Below, piece by piece: positions 47,782-57,673 of a DNA stretch of 64,000 nt (positions within the stretch are counted from its first letter, which is position 1; each line of letters opens with the position of its first letter). Below the pieces are notes generated by a model. It did no database searches. It saw only the letters and a list, made by a program, of their open reading frames with translations, and had not been told where the DNA came from. Location: the NCBI GenBank assembly GCA_021813145.1, contig JAKALS010000003.1, positions 105,890 through 169,889 of the forward strand, written 5' to 3'. This DNA comes from a bacterium. GTDB taxonomy: Bacteria > Patescibacteriota > Microgenomatia > Levybacterales > UBA12049. The translations under genes and the position numbers were made by a program.

Positions 47782-49299
47782 CTAGAAGGTTGCTGTTGCC
47801 ACATAAGAAATTGTTGTCGTATAAACACCTGCGGGTGTTGTTCCGGAAACCGCCGCAGCGTACCTTATAACTGTCTGGTCATTGGAAACAGGCCCACCGG
47901 TATACGATGTAATAGTTGCGTAGTAACTATTTGTTCCCGTATTCCATGGGTTGGTGAACAGAGCGGTGCTTGCTGAGGCACCGTTAAATACAACTCCCGA
48001 AGCTCCTCCGTAGGTAGGCGAGCTAGTGGGAACATGGGACCCGCAAGGGCTGATACCAAAATCTGCGGTTCCAGCAGTAATTCCGCCCGGAACAGGGGTG
48101 TCGTTGGCGGTTAAACTCCCTCCGTTCGCGTCGGTAAGAAAGAAACCCGATGCAGGGTTAATAAAATGTCCCGAAGAGGTCGCGGTAATGGCGTATCCGG
48201 AAGAGCCGTTGGTGGACACGGTCAGGGTTTGGCCGGAAGCATTTATATTCCCGCTGTTTAAAAGTCCGAGATTAACATTGGTAGCCGAAGCTCCGATTCC
48301 ACTGTTTGTTTTATCATTTCCTCCATTTAAAGCACAGCTTGCATTAACGCTGTTAAACGTGGTGTTATCCGGTATTCCTGCAATTGTAAAAGTTATCGTA
48401 GGCTCAACAAGAGCCTGTACCGTTACGGCTTCTATTGTTCCTACTCTTAAAGCGGCATAATCAAGGTTTACCTGGTTATTATCTTGTGTCTGTATGGTAA
48501 CCTTCCATGCATCGGCAGTCCCTGCCGGATTGTTGGGAGTCTTAGCAGGATTTATAAGCTGGGGAGTATTGGAGCCTACGGTTGCCGTAATAGTAGAGCC
48601 TCCATTCACCTGGGCAGAAGTATGACAAGTAATCGTGGGAGCGCTAACCGTAAGATTTGTACCCGTACAATTCACTCCGCCGCCCGAGAAAGTAACATTT
48701 GTATTTGCAAGATTATTAAATGAAAATCCGGTTGCGGAAGGAGAAGCTGTGTTTTGGGCAGCTCCTGGAAAGGTGATGACAATATAGCCATTTACAGGAA
48801 TTGTACTCACGGTAGTGAACTTAATTGTGTGTTTGGCCGTAACGTTTGTTATTAATACATCCCCCTGATGTCTTGATTGGGTAAATGTGTTTGTAAAATA
48901 AACAATTCTATTTGTCGAGGAAGGTACTCCAGTTGCGGACATTGAGGCTACATTAACTGCAGGAGCGGCTGTTTCGCCGGTGTCCGGATATATTACCGCA
49001 GAATCTGAAGCCAGAAAAAATGAGCCGTTATCGAAAATCTGTGCTTGCCCAGAATTTGCCGCTAAATTTGCCGAAAGAGGAGCCGCAGCCGACGGCCTCG
49101 AAGTTGTTAATGTATCAGAAACGCTTATAAGAGAAGCAGCATTGGCTTTCTGAATAAAAAGAGGCCCTATCAGAAGCAAAAATATTAACGAAAAGAATAA
49201 ATTTTTAATAATTACCTTCATTTTATACGGCACTGATTTACTAAGCCCTACTATAGTATAATGCAGAACTTTTTGCGGCTTGTCAAGGACTTTTTTCAC
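47782..49299 (-). CDS. Secreted beta-rich Thr/Ser/Asn/Gly-rich protein (505 aa), WxL-like partner protein; C-terminus ...YTTTISYVATATF
   Basis: Signal peptide 'IIKNLFFSLIFLLLIGPLFIQKANA'. There is no TM anchor. The C-terminal motif is shared with the 50337-51083 gene product. Confidence 0.5.
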   Translation of the reverse strand: MKKVLDKPQKVLHYTIVGLSKSVPYKMKVIIKNLFFSLIFLLLIGPLFIQKANAASLISVSDTLTTSRPSAAAPLSANLAANSGQAQIFDNGSFFLASDSAVIYPDTGETAAPAVNVASMSATGVPSSTNRIVYFTNTFTQSRHQGDVLITNVTAKHTIKFTTVSTIPVNGYIVITFPGAAQNTASPSATGFSFNNLANTNVTFSGGGVNCTGTNLTVSAPTITCHTSAQVNGGSTITATVGSNTPQLINPAKTPNNPAGTADAWKVTIQTQDNNQVNLDYAALRVGTIEAVTVQALVEPTITFTIAGIPDNTTFNSVNASCALNGGNDKTNSGIGASATNVNLGLLNSGNINASGQTLTVSTNGSSGYAITATSSGHFINPASGFFLTDANGGSLTANDTPVPGGITAGTADFGISPCGSHVPTSSPTYGGASGVVFNGASASTALFTNPWNTGTNSYYATITSYTGGPVSNDQTVIRYAAAVSGTTPAGVYTTTISYVATATF

Positions 49300-50327
49300 A
49301 CATTATTCTGTATCCGCCTGACTCTTGTGATTATTATTACAAGAATAACCGCAATGATTAAAATTGCCATTGCGGGATAAACAGGAAATGCAAAAAAACT
49401 TATTGTTCTTCTAAATAACGGACCTTGACTGGAAAGGGCAACGGTTAGGGTTGCGGTATAAGGGCCGAGTAAAAATGTCTCCGGCCAGACTGCAGCAGGA
49501 GATTTAAGCCCTGAGAAATAAGATTTAAGAGTCGGGGAAGCCTCCGCCTGTGGCCCCTGAAGCGAATCGGGAATATAACGGGCGCTATTAGCCAGTATAT
49601 TTACGGGCAAGAGATCAACTTTACCGACCGTTTGCCCGAACATATTTTTTATTTCTATGCTTCCGTCCGTCGTTATAAAATGTGTACTTGTGTTGTCGAT
49701 TTTAACGGTAAACGGAACAGGTCCGTTTGTTACGAAGGAGGGCGCCGAGAATTCCTGAATATTGCCTTGCGTTGGACCTTTGGGGCCTACTGAAAGCAGT
49801 ACATTCGTTGCTATTCCTCCCGCGGTTACAGTATTTGTAGAGTTGGTTAGGGAATTATTATCCGAAATAAATACGACAGAAAAATAATAGTCTCCCGAAG
49901 GTTCTCCGTTCGGGAGAGATATTTCAAGAGTAAGCTCTTTTTTTTGTTGAGGTGCAAGAGTAATGCTGTCTATGGGAGTATCTGCGTCGAGAATTTGCAT
50001 TTTGTCGAATATAAAAGGGTCCGCAAGAAGAGGTGAATAATCCTGAGGATAATAAACTTCTCCGTTCTGGCTTGGAGCAGCCTCGAAAGGCTTTGTTCCA
50101 ATGGAAAGTGTTACGGGCTCGGTGTCCAAGTTTTGAATTTGTAATTTTGTCTTTACATCGCTTGGAGCGGTTGCTTCAATTTGAATAACCGGAGGAAAAA
50201 TCCCCAAAGAAACGCCGGCGGCATTTGCAGTATCTAGTATTTGGTACCTGGTATTTAGTATAGAAGCGGTAAAAAGAATAACTAAGATTATCAAAGATAT
50301 TTTTATGCAAAATACGAAATGCTTCAT
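49296..50327 (-). CDS. Cell-surface protein, DUF916/DUF3324-like architecture (second copy)
   Basis: Signal peptide, then beta domains ('PSGDYYFSVVFISDNNS'). C-terminal 'GPYTATLTVALSSQGPLFRRTISFFAFPVYPAMAILIIAVILVIIITRVRRIQ' parallels the C-terminus of the 46716 gene product (G-x-Y...LT...F-x-x-FP + TM + basic). Confidence 0.5.
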   Translation of the reverse strand: MKHFVFCIKISLIILVILFTASILNTRYQILDTANAAGVSLGIFPPVIQIEATAPSDVKTKLQIQNLDTEPVTLSIGTKPFEAAPSQNGEVYYPQDYSPLLADPFIFDKMQILDADTPIDSITLAPQQKKELTLEISLPNGEPSGDYYFSVVFISDNNSLTNSTNTVTAGGIATNVLLSVGPKGPTQGNIQEFSAPSFVTNGPVPFTVKIDNTSTHFITTDGSIEIKNMFGQTVGKVDLLPVNILANSARYIPDSLQGPQAEASPTLKSYFSGLKSPAAVWPETFLLGPYTATLTVALSSQGPLFRRTISFFAFPVYPAMAILIIAVILVIIITRVRRIQNNV

Positions 50328-50336
50328 ATAAAATAC

Positions 50337-51083
50337 TTAAAAACTTGGTGTTGCAATAAAGTCTATTACATTAGTATACAAGCCCGCAGCCTGAACCGCG
50401 GAAACATTAACTTTATAGGTTATCTGAACCTGTCTTCCTCGTCCTACATTCAAAGAGCTCATAACAACGGTTGCCGAAGGAGAAGCGGAAAATGGAGCAA
50501 AACTGGCTCCGTTTGAAAACCCCGGAGTACAGTCTGTCCCAGATACATTTGTACATGAATAACCGAAGCCATAGGAAAGGACATTATTCCAGGCGCCCGG
50601 ATTAGTGGTTGTACAAGTCCCGCTGTCGCAGCCCGTGTCGGGGATCATCTGTCCTTTCGAAGCCAAAAGAAGCGGATGATTTTCGGAAGCCGTTACCTGA
50701 TACCCGTATGCGGAACCGTTTGAGACCGTAAGGGTATTCGTTCTTGTTACCGGGTTAGTGGCTGTTATCGGCCCGAAATCTATATTAATCTGGGAAATGG
50801 TAAAGGTGAAAGGAATTATAGAATTTATATACTGAAAACCCGAGCGGACTTTGAAATTAGAGCCTACGTAAAGACCCGGAGCCGTTTGTCCGACCGTAAG
50901 ATTCAAAGAGAACGCGCCGTTATTGGGATGGCCGGCGGCAGTATTAAAATTGCCCATACGTATTATAAAGTTACTGTTTGACATAGTTTGAGCAGCAACG
51001 TTGCCCAAACTGAATAAGCAAATAAGCAAATAAGCAAATAAGCAGATTGTTGAAAATAGGATAAGTTTTCTAAATTTATTCAT
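50337..51083 (-). CDS. Secreted beta-rich protein (248 aa), WxL-like partner; C-terminus ...LYTNVIDFIATPSF
   Basis: Signal peptide 'MNKFRKLILFSTICLFAYLLICLFSLGNVAAQ'. The Cys cluster CDSGTC...C...C is present. It ends with a motif parallel to the 505-aa protein. The signal-peptide codons contain the (8-mer)x4 repeat. Confidence 0.5.
   Translation of the reverse strand: MNKFRKLILFSTICLFAYLLICLFSLGNVAAQTMSNSNFIIRMGNFNTAAGHPNNGAFSLNLTVGQTAPGLYVGSNFKVRSGFQYINSIIPFTFTISQINIDFGPITATNPVTRTNTLTVSNGSAYGYQVTASENHPLLLASKGQMIPDTGCDSGTCTTTNPGAWNNVLSYGFGYSCTNVSGTDCTPGFSNGASFAPFSASPSATVVMSSLNVGRGRQVQITYKVNVSAVQAAGLYTNVIDFIATPSF
51013..51044. repeat. Perfect tandem octanucleotide repeat (AATAAGCA)x4, equal to (TGCTTATT)x4 on the coding strand, inside the signal-peptide codons of gene 50337-51083
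   Basis: Four exact contiguous copies totalling 32 nt. The unit length is not a multiple of 3. It encodes ...ICLFAYLLICLF... Confidence 0.85.
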
Positions 51084-51128
51084 TTAGAGTCAGGATTTAT
51101 TTGCATATTTATCATTTGTAGTATTTGC

Positions 51129-51764
51129 TTATTTTTTTGATTCCAGGCGAAGGTCTTCTGTTTCTTCGAGTATTTCGTTCAGCTTTTCCATGTCTTCCTC
51201 TTTGAGATTTTCTTTTTCGTCCTTTATGACTTCCTCTATATCCTCGGAGATTGTATCAGCGGCTTCTTTTGTTCTTTCCGAAAGAGCTTCCATGTCGTTT
51301 TCTTCCTTATCAGACCTTCTATACTCGCGTCCAAAAAAGTAGGCGAGGGGAGAAATAAGAAGGAGGGATCCAACTCTTAAAATATTTCCCGTAACATCTC
51401 CTGCCAGTGTATCCGGGAGAAAAATAAGTACAGCGCCGATAAGGAACACAAAAATAGCCGGAGGCTCAAATACAAAAGCTATTCCGAAACCCAAAAAGTA
51501 GAGAAGAAAGAAGACGGGAGAAGATACGCTTCCCGTGGCAAATATCAAAAGAAGAATTATAGTATTTAAGATAAATATCCCCCAAGGTCCGTCCCCGCCC
51601 ATCGTCAAGAACCCCTGGCCTTTTTTCCTTGCCGCAAAAAGGAGGTATAAGATAACAAGAACTGCAAGAGCTTGGATAGTAAACCCCGAAAGAGGAGTTT
51701 GCTCCCAGACAAATACAGCTACAAAAGATAGTACAAGTACAAATGCCTGGAGTAACAGCTTCAT
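51129..51764 (-). CDS. Polytopic membrane protein with acidic, coiled C-terminal tail
   Basis: About 6 TM helices, then 'EENDMEALSERTKEAADTISEDIEEVIKDEKENLKEEDMEKLNEILEETEDL'. Confidence 0.5.
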   Translation of the reverse strand: MKLLLQAFVLVLSFVAVFVWEQTPLSGFTIQALAVLVILYLLFAARKKGQGFLTMGGDGPWGIFILNTIILLLIFATGSVSSPVFFLLYFLGFGIAFVFEPPAIFVFLIGAVLIFLPDTLAGDVTGNILRVGSLLLISPLAYFFGREYRRSDKEENDMEALSERTKEAADTISEDIEEVIKDEKENLKEEDMEKLNEILEETEDLRLESKK

Positions 51765-51857
51765 ACCTCAATAGTAGGTAATCGGAGGTTAAAGTTCAAG
51801 AGGTATATGGTATACTAAAAACAAATTTCTAATTTCTAAGTAATTTCTAAATTTTAA

Positions 51858-54248
51858 ATGTCAAAAAATTCAAAAATAAAAATTAACTCAAGGTATTTTC
51901 CGGGCGCAATTGAAAAAAAATGGAGTAAAAAATGGCAGGAAAAGGGAATGAATGAATTTGACTTTTCCTCAAAAAAACCAAAGTATTATAACCTAGTTGA
52001 GCTTCCTTATCCTTCGGGAGACCTTCACCTTGGCCACTGGTTTGCTTTTACTCCTGCCGACGCCCACGCAAGATATAAAAAAATGAACGGATTTAATGTT
52101 TTCTTTCCAAACGGGTTTGACGCTTTCGGCCTTCCCGCGGAAAATGCGGCAATTAAGCGGGGGATACACCCCAAAGACTGGACTATGCAAAATATACAAA
52201 ACATGACAAAGCAGTTTGAAACAATGGGCACGATGATTGACTGGTCACACGAGGTTATTACCTGTTTGCCCGATTTTTACGGATGGAATCAATGGATTTT
52301 TCTTAAAATGTTTGAAAAAGGCATCGCCTACCGCGGAAAAGCTTTGTCTAACTGGTGCCCGGTTGACCAGACGGTTTTGGCAAACGAGCATATAGAAGGA
52401 GGAAAATGTTGGAGATGCGGTTCGGAAGTTATTCAAAAAGAAGTCGAGCAGTGGTTTTTAAGGATAACCGATTATGCCGACAGGCTCATATGGCCCGAGG
52501 ATAACAGTTCAAAGTCTGATGGAGAAAAAGATACCGCAAGCAATGAGCCGGTTGATTGGCCCGATCAGGTAAAGGAGGGTCAAAATAACTGGATTGGCAA
52601 ATCCGAAGGAATGTTGCTAGAGTTTTCCGTTATAAATAAAGGCGATAATAACGGCCTAAATATTGATTCTATTAAAGTATTTACGACAAGACCGGATACG
52701 ACAGACGGTGCAACTTTTCTGGTGGTTGCGCCTGAACATCCATTTGCCAGGGAAATTAAACAAAAAGATGTATCAGAATATATCAAAGAGGCTCAAAAGA
52801 AAACAGAAATGGAAAGAAAAGAGGACAGAACAAAATCCGGTGTTTTCACGGGAGCTTATGTGAAAAACCCGGTTTCAGGGAAAGACATTCCGGTATGGGT
52901 AGCCGATTATGTTTTGGCGGGTTACGGGACGGGGGCAATAATGGCCGTTCCTTTTGCGGATGAAAGGGACAGGGAGTTTGCGCGAAAATTCAATCTTCCC
53001 ATAGAAGAAACTGATTTTAAGGCAAAACCGGAGGGTGAAAAAACCGTAAATTACCATTTAAGAGATTGGTCAATATCAAGGCAGAGATACTGGGGAACTC
53101 CTGTTCCGATAATTCATTGTGAAAAGTGCGGTTTGGTCCCCGTGCCTTACGAAGACCTGCCCGTAGAACTTCCTTACAACGTAGATTACACTCCAAAAGG
53201 AAAACCTCCTCTTGCAACAGACGAAGAATGGCTTAATACAAAATGTCCGAAATGCCAAGGTGCGGCAAAAAGGGATGCCGAGACCTTGGATACTTTTTTT
53301 GACAGCGCCTGGTATTACTACAGATATGTTTCTCCTCATTTTGAGAAGTTACCCTTTGATACAAAAGAAGTGGCGGAGCTTATGCCCGTGGATGTATATT
53401 TCGGCGGATCCGAACATACACTGGGCCACACCCTTTATGCGAGATTTTTTACAAAGTTTTTTAAAGACATAGGACTTGTGGGTTTTGACGAATTTGCAAG
53501 AAAAAGAGTGCAGCACGGGGTGATATTGGGCCCGGACGGGAACAGAATGAGTAAATCCAGGGGAAATGTTGTTAATCCCGATGAAATTGTTAAGGAATAT
53601 GGGGCAGATACCGTAAGGCTTTATCTTTGTTTTATGATGCCTTATGAGGCAACAGCTCCCTGGTCGACGGAAGCAATTGGTGGAATGTATAAGTTCCTAT
53701 GGAGAGTGTGGAATTTAATCCAAGTTTGGCTGTCAACGGATAGAATTCAGGATAATGCAGACATAAACCACGAATATATAAGAATAAAGAATAGAACTAT
53801 TAAAAAAGTTGGTGAAGATTTAGAAAATTTTCATTTTAATACAGCAATTTCTGCAATAATGATTTACTTTAATGAATTTTCAAAGAATCTCGAAAAAACG
53901 ATCAGCAAAGATGAAATAAATACTCTAATTTTATTACTGGCACCGTTTGCTCCTTTTATTACAGAAGAACTGTGGCACCTGGTAAATCCTAATGCTAAAT
54001 CGGTCCATTTACAGCCTTGGCCCGGATACGATGAAAAATACCTGCTTGAAGAGGAAGTTCCGGTTGCAGTCCAGATAAACGGGAAACTGAGGGATACCGT
54101 AAGAATTCGGAATTCAGAATTAAAAATTCAGAATAAAGTGGAAGAAGAGATTAAAAAAAGTGAAAAAGTGCAGAAGTATCTGGAAGGGAAGAAAATATTA
54201 AAAGTTATTTACGTCGAAGGAAAGATAATTAATTTTGTAGTAAGCTAG
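51858..54248 (+). CDS. leuS: Leucyl-tRNA synthetase
   Basis: HIGH-type 'YPSGDLHLGHWFAF', the CP1 editing-domain 'TTRPDT' motif, KMSKS-type 'RMSKSRGN', and a Zn-knuckle 'CEKCG...CPKC' are present. Confidence 0.9.
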   Translation: MSKNSKIKINSRYFPGAIEKKWSKKWQEKGMNEFDFSSKKPKYYNLVELPYPSGDLHLGHWFAFTPADAHARYKKMNGFNVFFPNGFDAFGLPAENAAIKRGIHPKDWTMQNIQNMTKQFETMGTMIDWSHEVITCLPDFYGWNQWIFLKMFEKGIAYRGKALSNWCPVDQTVLANEHIEGGKCWRCGSEVIQKEVEQWFLRITDYADRLIWPEDNSSKSDGEKDTASNEPVDWPDQVKEGQNNWIGKSEGMLLEFSVINKGDNNGLNIDSIKVFTTRPDTTDGATFLVVAPEHPFAREIKQKDVSEYIKEAQKKTEMERKEDRTKSGVFTGAYVKNPVSGKDIPVWVADYVLAGYGTGAIMAVPFADERDREFARKFNLPIEETDFKAKPEGEKTVNYHLRDWSISRQRYWGTPVPIIHCEKCGLVPVPYEDLPVELPYNVDYTPKGKPPLATDEEWLNTKCPKCQGAAKRDAETLDTFFDSAWYYYRYVSPHFEKLPFDTKEVAELMPVDVYFGGSEHTLGHTLYARFFTKFFKDIGLVGFDEFARKRVQHGVILGPDGNRMSKSRGNVVNPDEIVKEYGADTVRLYLCFMMPYEATAPWSTEAIGGMYKFLWRVWNLIQVWLSTDRIQDNADINHEYIRIKNRTIKKVGEDLENFHFNTAISAIMIYFNEFSKNLEKTISKDEINTLILLLAPFAPFITEELWHLVNPNAKSVHLQPWPGYDEKYLLEEEVPVAVQINGKLRDTVRIRNSELKIQNKVEEEIKKSEKVQKYLEGKKILKVIYVEGKIINFVVS

Positions 54249-55560
54249 TGTCTTTTTGATTTCCACTTCTTCAAAAAACAGACCCGATTTTGAAAAACTT
54301 TCCGGCATCATCAAAAGCGCAATTTAATTTTTTGATAGTCGGTTGATGTAAAAGGGAAGTGTTAGCTCAGGCCTATATAATTTGCCGGAAGGTCAAGAAT
54401 ATAAGCGGTCCCGATAAGAGTAAACGGTTTTTAGGAGGATGCCGGACAGGATCTGGATGGAAAAAATCTTAATCTGACGACAAAAGTTACGGATAGTTCA
54501 AAATTTGCATGCCAACACAAAATGAAGCTCAGGATAGGACAAAAAATTTTGTTCAAAATGAGTATTTCGGAAGAATAATTTCCCGCGGGTTTCCAAACTT
54601 ATTGGACAAAAAGTAAGCAACACAGGGATCAATTGATACATTACAGGGGGTGGTCTGTTGCCGCAGAAAAAATTATAAGAATAAATCTTATAGTTATTTC
54701 CAGGAAGGTTGTAAACAGCAAAAATTTTGACAGGGTAAAAGAAAAATATCCCTTAATTAATAAAATGGAGAATTGGGGATGAAAGATGATAAATTAGACA
54801 TTTATTATTTATATTTCTTCTATTAGCATACTTGCTTTTTCAAAACAAGACTGTTTATAAAAACGGGCAGGTTATATCGCAACATTATTTACCGAACTCC
54901 AATTTCTATGGGTGTATCCAAAGATTTGCCTTCGGTAAAACGGTTTAAGTAACTACCAAGAAATATTCCCTGCGATCTAGGGCGGGCGGGGATGTAATTC
55001 TTATAAAAACTCCGACCGGCTCCATATTTTGAAGAACCAGATGATAAAGCTTGAATTATCTTTTCAGACACATGTATTTTTTTGACAAAAACTTGGATGT
55101 CATAATACTTTCTCACCCCTACAGACCACTTAACGGGTTAGTTCCGGTTGTTAAAAGGTATGATTTGATATCATATGATATGAAAAACATAAAAAATTAT
55201 AGTCAAAGATTAAAAATACTACAAGATACCTTAGCACTCAAAAATTTGACTGCTATTTTCCTTAAAAAAGGAGACAGGTCGTCAAGTCAATCCGATTTAG
55301 CCTTTAAAGTGCGATGACCTCCTTATATCTATTCCAAAAAAGGCCTAATTTTTTACGCCCTCAGGCTCAAAATACGGATTTTAAGGGTTTTTCTTTGATT
55401 GAAATGACAGTTTTTGGAGATTTAAAATACTTTTTATGTCGATGAGAGGTATTTGGATAATGAAAAAGTCGGAGAAACTTCAGATTTATGGATGTCCATC
55501 ATTGACTAAAAACAGGACTTTTGGAAAAGTTTTTAAAAGCAACTGAATTATTTGAGACGG

Positions 55561-57252
55561 CTAATTAACGGTTACCGGAGTTTGCGTATTTGCTTGTTTT
55601 ATGGCGTCTTCCCTTAACGGTAGAGTGAAGTAGATAGTCGTTCCCTGTCCCACATCCGATCTTACTCCTACGTATCCTCCATGTGCTTCGACAACACCTT
55701 TTACTATATAAAGACCGAGGCCGGTTCCTTTCTTTGCAAGTTCTCCCGGAGTTTTTCTTATCTGATAAAACTTTGAAAAAAGCTCCTTCTGATCCTGGGG
55801 GGCAATGCCCATTCCCGTATCCGAGACGGAAACAGTAACTGTTGCCTCGTTTATTTCGCCCAGAACGGTAATTTTACCGCCTTCCGGAGTGAACTTGAGG
55901 CTGTTTGAGATAAGGTTATTAAGAACCTGGTTTATTCTTATGAGGTCGAAGCTAAAAAGCGGAAGCTCTTTGGGAACATAAGAATCTATTTGTATCTTCT
56001 TTTTCATTGCCGGGACCGAAAAGGTATCCACAACTTCGTTTATAAGTTTATTCAAATCGTTGGGAGACTTTTGTATAACAAATCGTCCAGCTTCTATTTT
56101 TGCAGCATCCAGAATAGACCCTATTTGCTCGAGCAGAGTCTTTGCCTGGGTATCTATGATTCCCAATAATTGTTTTGCCTGGTCTTCCTTAAGCTCTTTT
56201 TCCTCGAGCATAAGCTCGGAAGAGTCTTTTATAGCCGTGAGTGGCGCCCGCAATTCATGCACCATCATGTTTGTGAAGTCCTCCTTAATCTTGGAGAGAT
56301 TTTTTTCGATCGTAATATCGTGCATAAGAATGGAAGCTCCTATCACCTCAGGTTTGTCCGTCAGGGTATTTACCACGGGGGTTACAAATATCTGGAATGT
56401 ATTTTCACCTATAAGGACCTCTTTTTCTTCCAGAGTCTGATTTTTAGAGACGGATTCTTTTATTTTCGAAGCCAGATCGAATTTTCCGGCCAAAGCATTG
56501 ACTATAGTTATGAAGCTGATTTCCGAAAGGTTAAGGAATTTTCTCGCTGCCTCATTTATTATAAGAACCTGGTTTTTGCCGTCTACCATAAATACTCCAT
56601 CGGCAAGGCTTGTAATCAGGGAAGTAAGTTTGCCTTGCTCGATTTCAAGTACTCCGTGGAGTCTCGAAAGAGCATTCGACGCATTATCGGTTATCTGGTA
56701 GAGAATTGTAACTTCCTCTTCCTTATATAAGTCTGGGACAGTGGAAGAAACGTTTATAAGTCCCATAACCTTGTTGTTTACTATGAATGGTATATGGAAG
56801 AATGAAGCTAGGGGGTTTTGGTTTGATTCGTCGAGAAGTTGTCCCGAATGCATCTCTTCCATTACCTGGGGCAGGTTGGGTACCAGGGCGGACATTGAGG
56901 CTAGCATGCTCTTTTTCACCTGATCCAAAAAATTCTGACTGACGCGTTCTTCAACATAAGTTTTAAAAACAAGCTTATCACCTTCTATTAGGATTGCAGA
57001 GGCCGTAGAATAGGGGAAAAGGTTTTTGAGGCTTCCGGTTATGATATCCACGACTTCTTCCACGTCTAGGGAATAGCTTATCCTATCCTGTATCTCTTTT
57101 AATACGGAGATTTGATAAAGCCTCTGTTTTTGTATTTCTTCGTGCTGTGCGAGAGTTTTCCTTGCCTGCCGCTCTCTTATAAAAAGGACAGCAATAAGAA
57201 TTATAAGAAAGAAAGTTATTATTTCATCGGGGGAAATAAATGGCAGGCCCAT
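55561..57252 (-). CDS. Sensor histidine kinase (N-terminal TM, GAF/PAS sensory region, HisKA, HATPase_c)
   Basis: H-box 'MVHELRAPLTAI', N-box 'LNNLISNSLKFT', G1 'VSDTGMGI' and G2 'GTGLGLYIVKGVVEAHGG' are present. Confidence 0.85.
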   Translation of the reverse strand: MGLPFISPDEIITFFLIILIAVLFIRERQARKTLAQHEEIQKQRLYQISVLKEIQDRISYSLDVEEVVDIITGSLKNLFPYSTASAILIEGDKLVFKTYVEERVSQNFLDQVKKSMLASMSALVPNLPQVMEEMHSGQLLDESNQNPLASFFHIPFIVNNKVMGLINVSSTVPDLYKEEEVTILYQITDNASNALSRLHGVLEIEQGKLTSLITSLADGVFMVDGKNQVLIINEAARKFLNLSEISFITIVNALAGKFDLASKIKESVSKNQTLEEKEVLIGENTFQIFVTPVVNTLTDKPEVIGASILMHDITIEKNLSKIKEDFTNMMVHELRAPLTAIKDSSELMLEEKELKEDQAKQLLGIIDTQAKTLLEQIGSILDAAKIEAGRFVIQKSPNDLNKLINEVVDTFSVPAMKKKIQIDSYVPKELPLFSFDLIRINQVLNNLISNSLKFTPEGGKITVLGEINEATVTVSVSDTGMGIAPQDQKELFSKFYQIRKTPGELAKKGTGLGLYIVKGVVEAHGGYVGVRSDVGQGTTIYFTLPLREDAIKQANTQTPVTVN

Positions 57253-57327
57253 GGGTTAATTATAAATACGCAAATAACAAATATGCAAATAAATATGAAT
57301 TATTAAGCAATTCTTAATTTAGGGAAG

Positions 57328-57672
57328 CTACTTCGTGAGGCTTTCCAGTTTGTCTCCTGTTTTTTTGCTGCCTATTACGATTATATATGTGCCTATTATA
57401 AAGAACGGAGCTTTTGCGAGAAGTAGAACTATAGTAAGCTGAGGATTAATATAACCCGAAACTTCCATATACGATTCCACGGCGTCTATAAGAATCCCTG
57501 CCCCTATAAAAAGTATGCCGATTGCTATTGCCTTAAACCCCGAGGCGAGTATTCCGGTACCGAATTTTTTATTAAGCCTTGCCATAATTATACCCGCCGA
57601 TATAGAAGCTAAGGCAGATATGAATGAACTCCCTTCGATAAAGATAGTAAAAAGTTTTTGTATATCTATCAT
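57328..57672 (-). CDS. Small four-TM membrane protein
   Basis: 114-aa hydrophobic protein in the HK operon. Confidence 0.45.
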   Translation of the reverse strand: MIDIQKLFTIFIEGSSFISALASISAGIIMARLNKKFGTGILASGFKAIAIGILFIGAGILIDAVESYMEVSGYINPQLTIVLLLAKAPFFIIGTYIIVIGSKKTGDKLESLTK

Positions 57673-57673
57673 T

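Noticed and set aside
54360-54400. GCCGGAAGGTCAAG segment as a possible SRP RNA domain IV
   Set aside because: The flanking sequence does not form the conserved helix 8 symmetric or asymmetric loops. The similarity is limited to about 10 nt.
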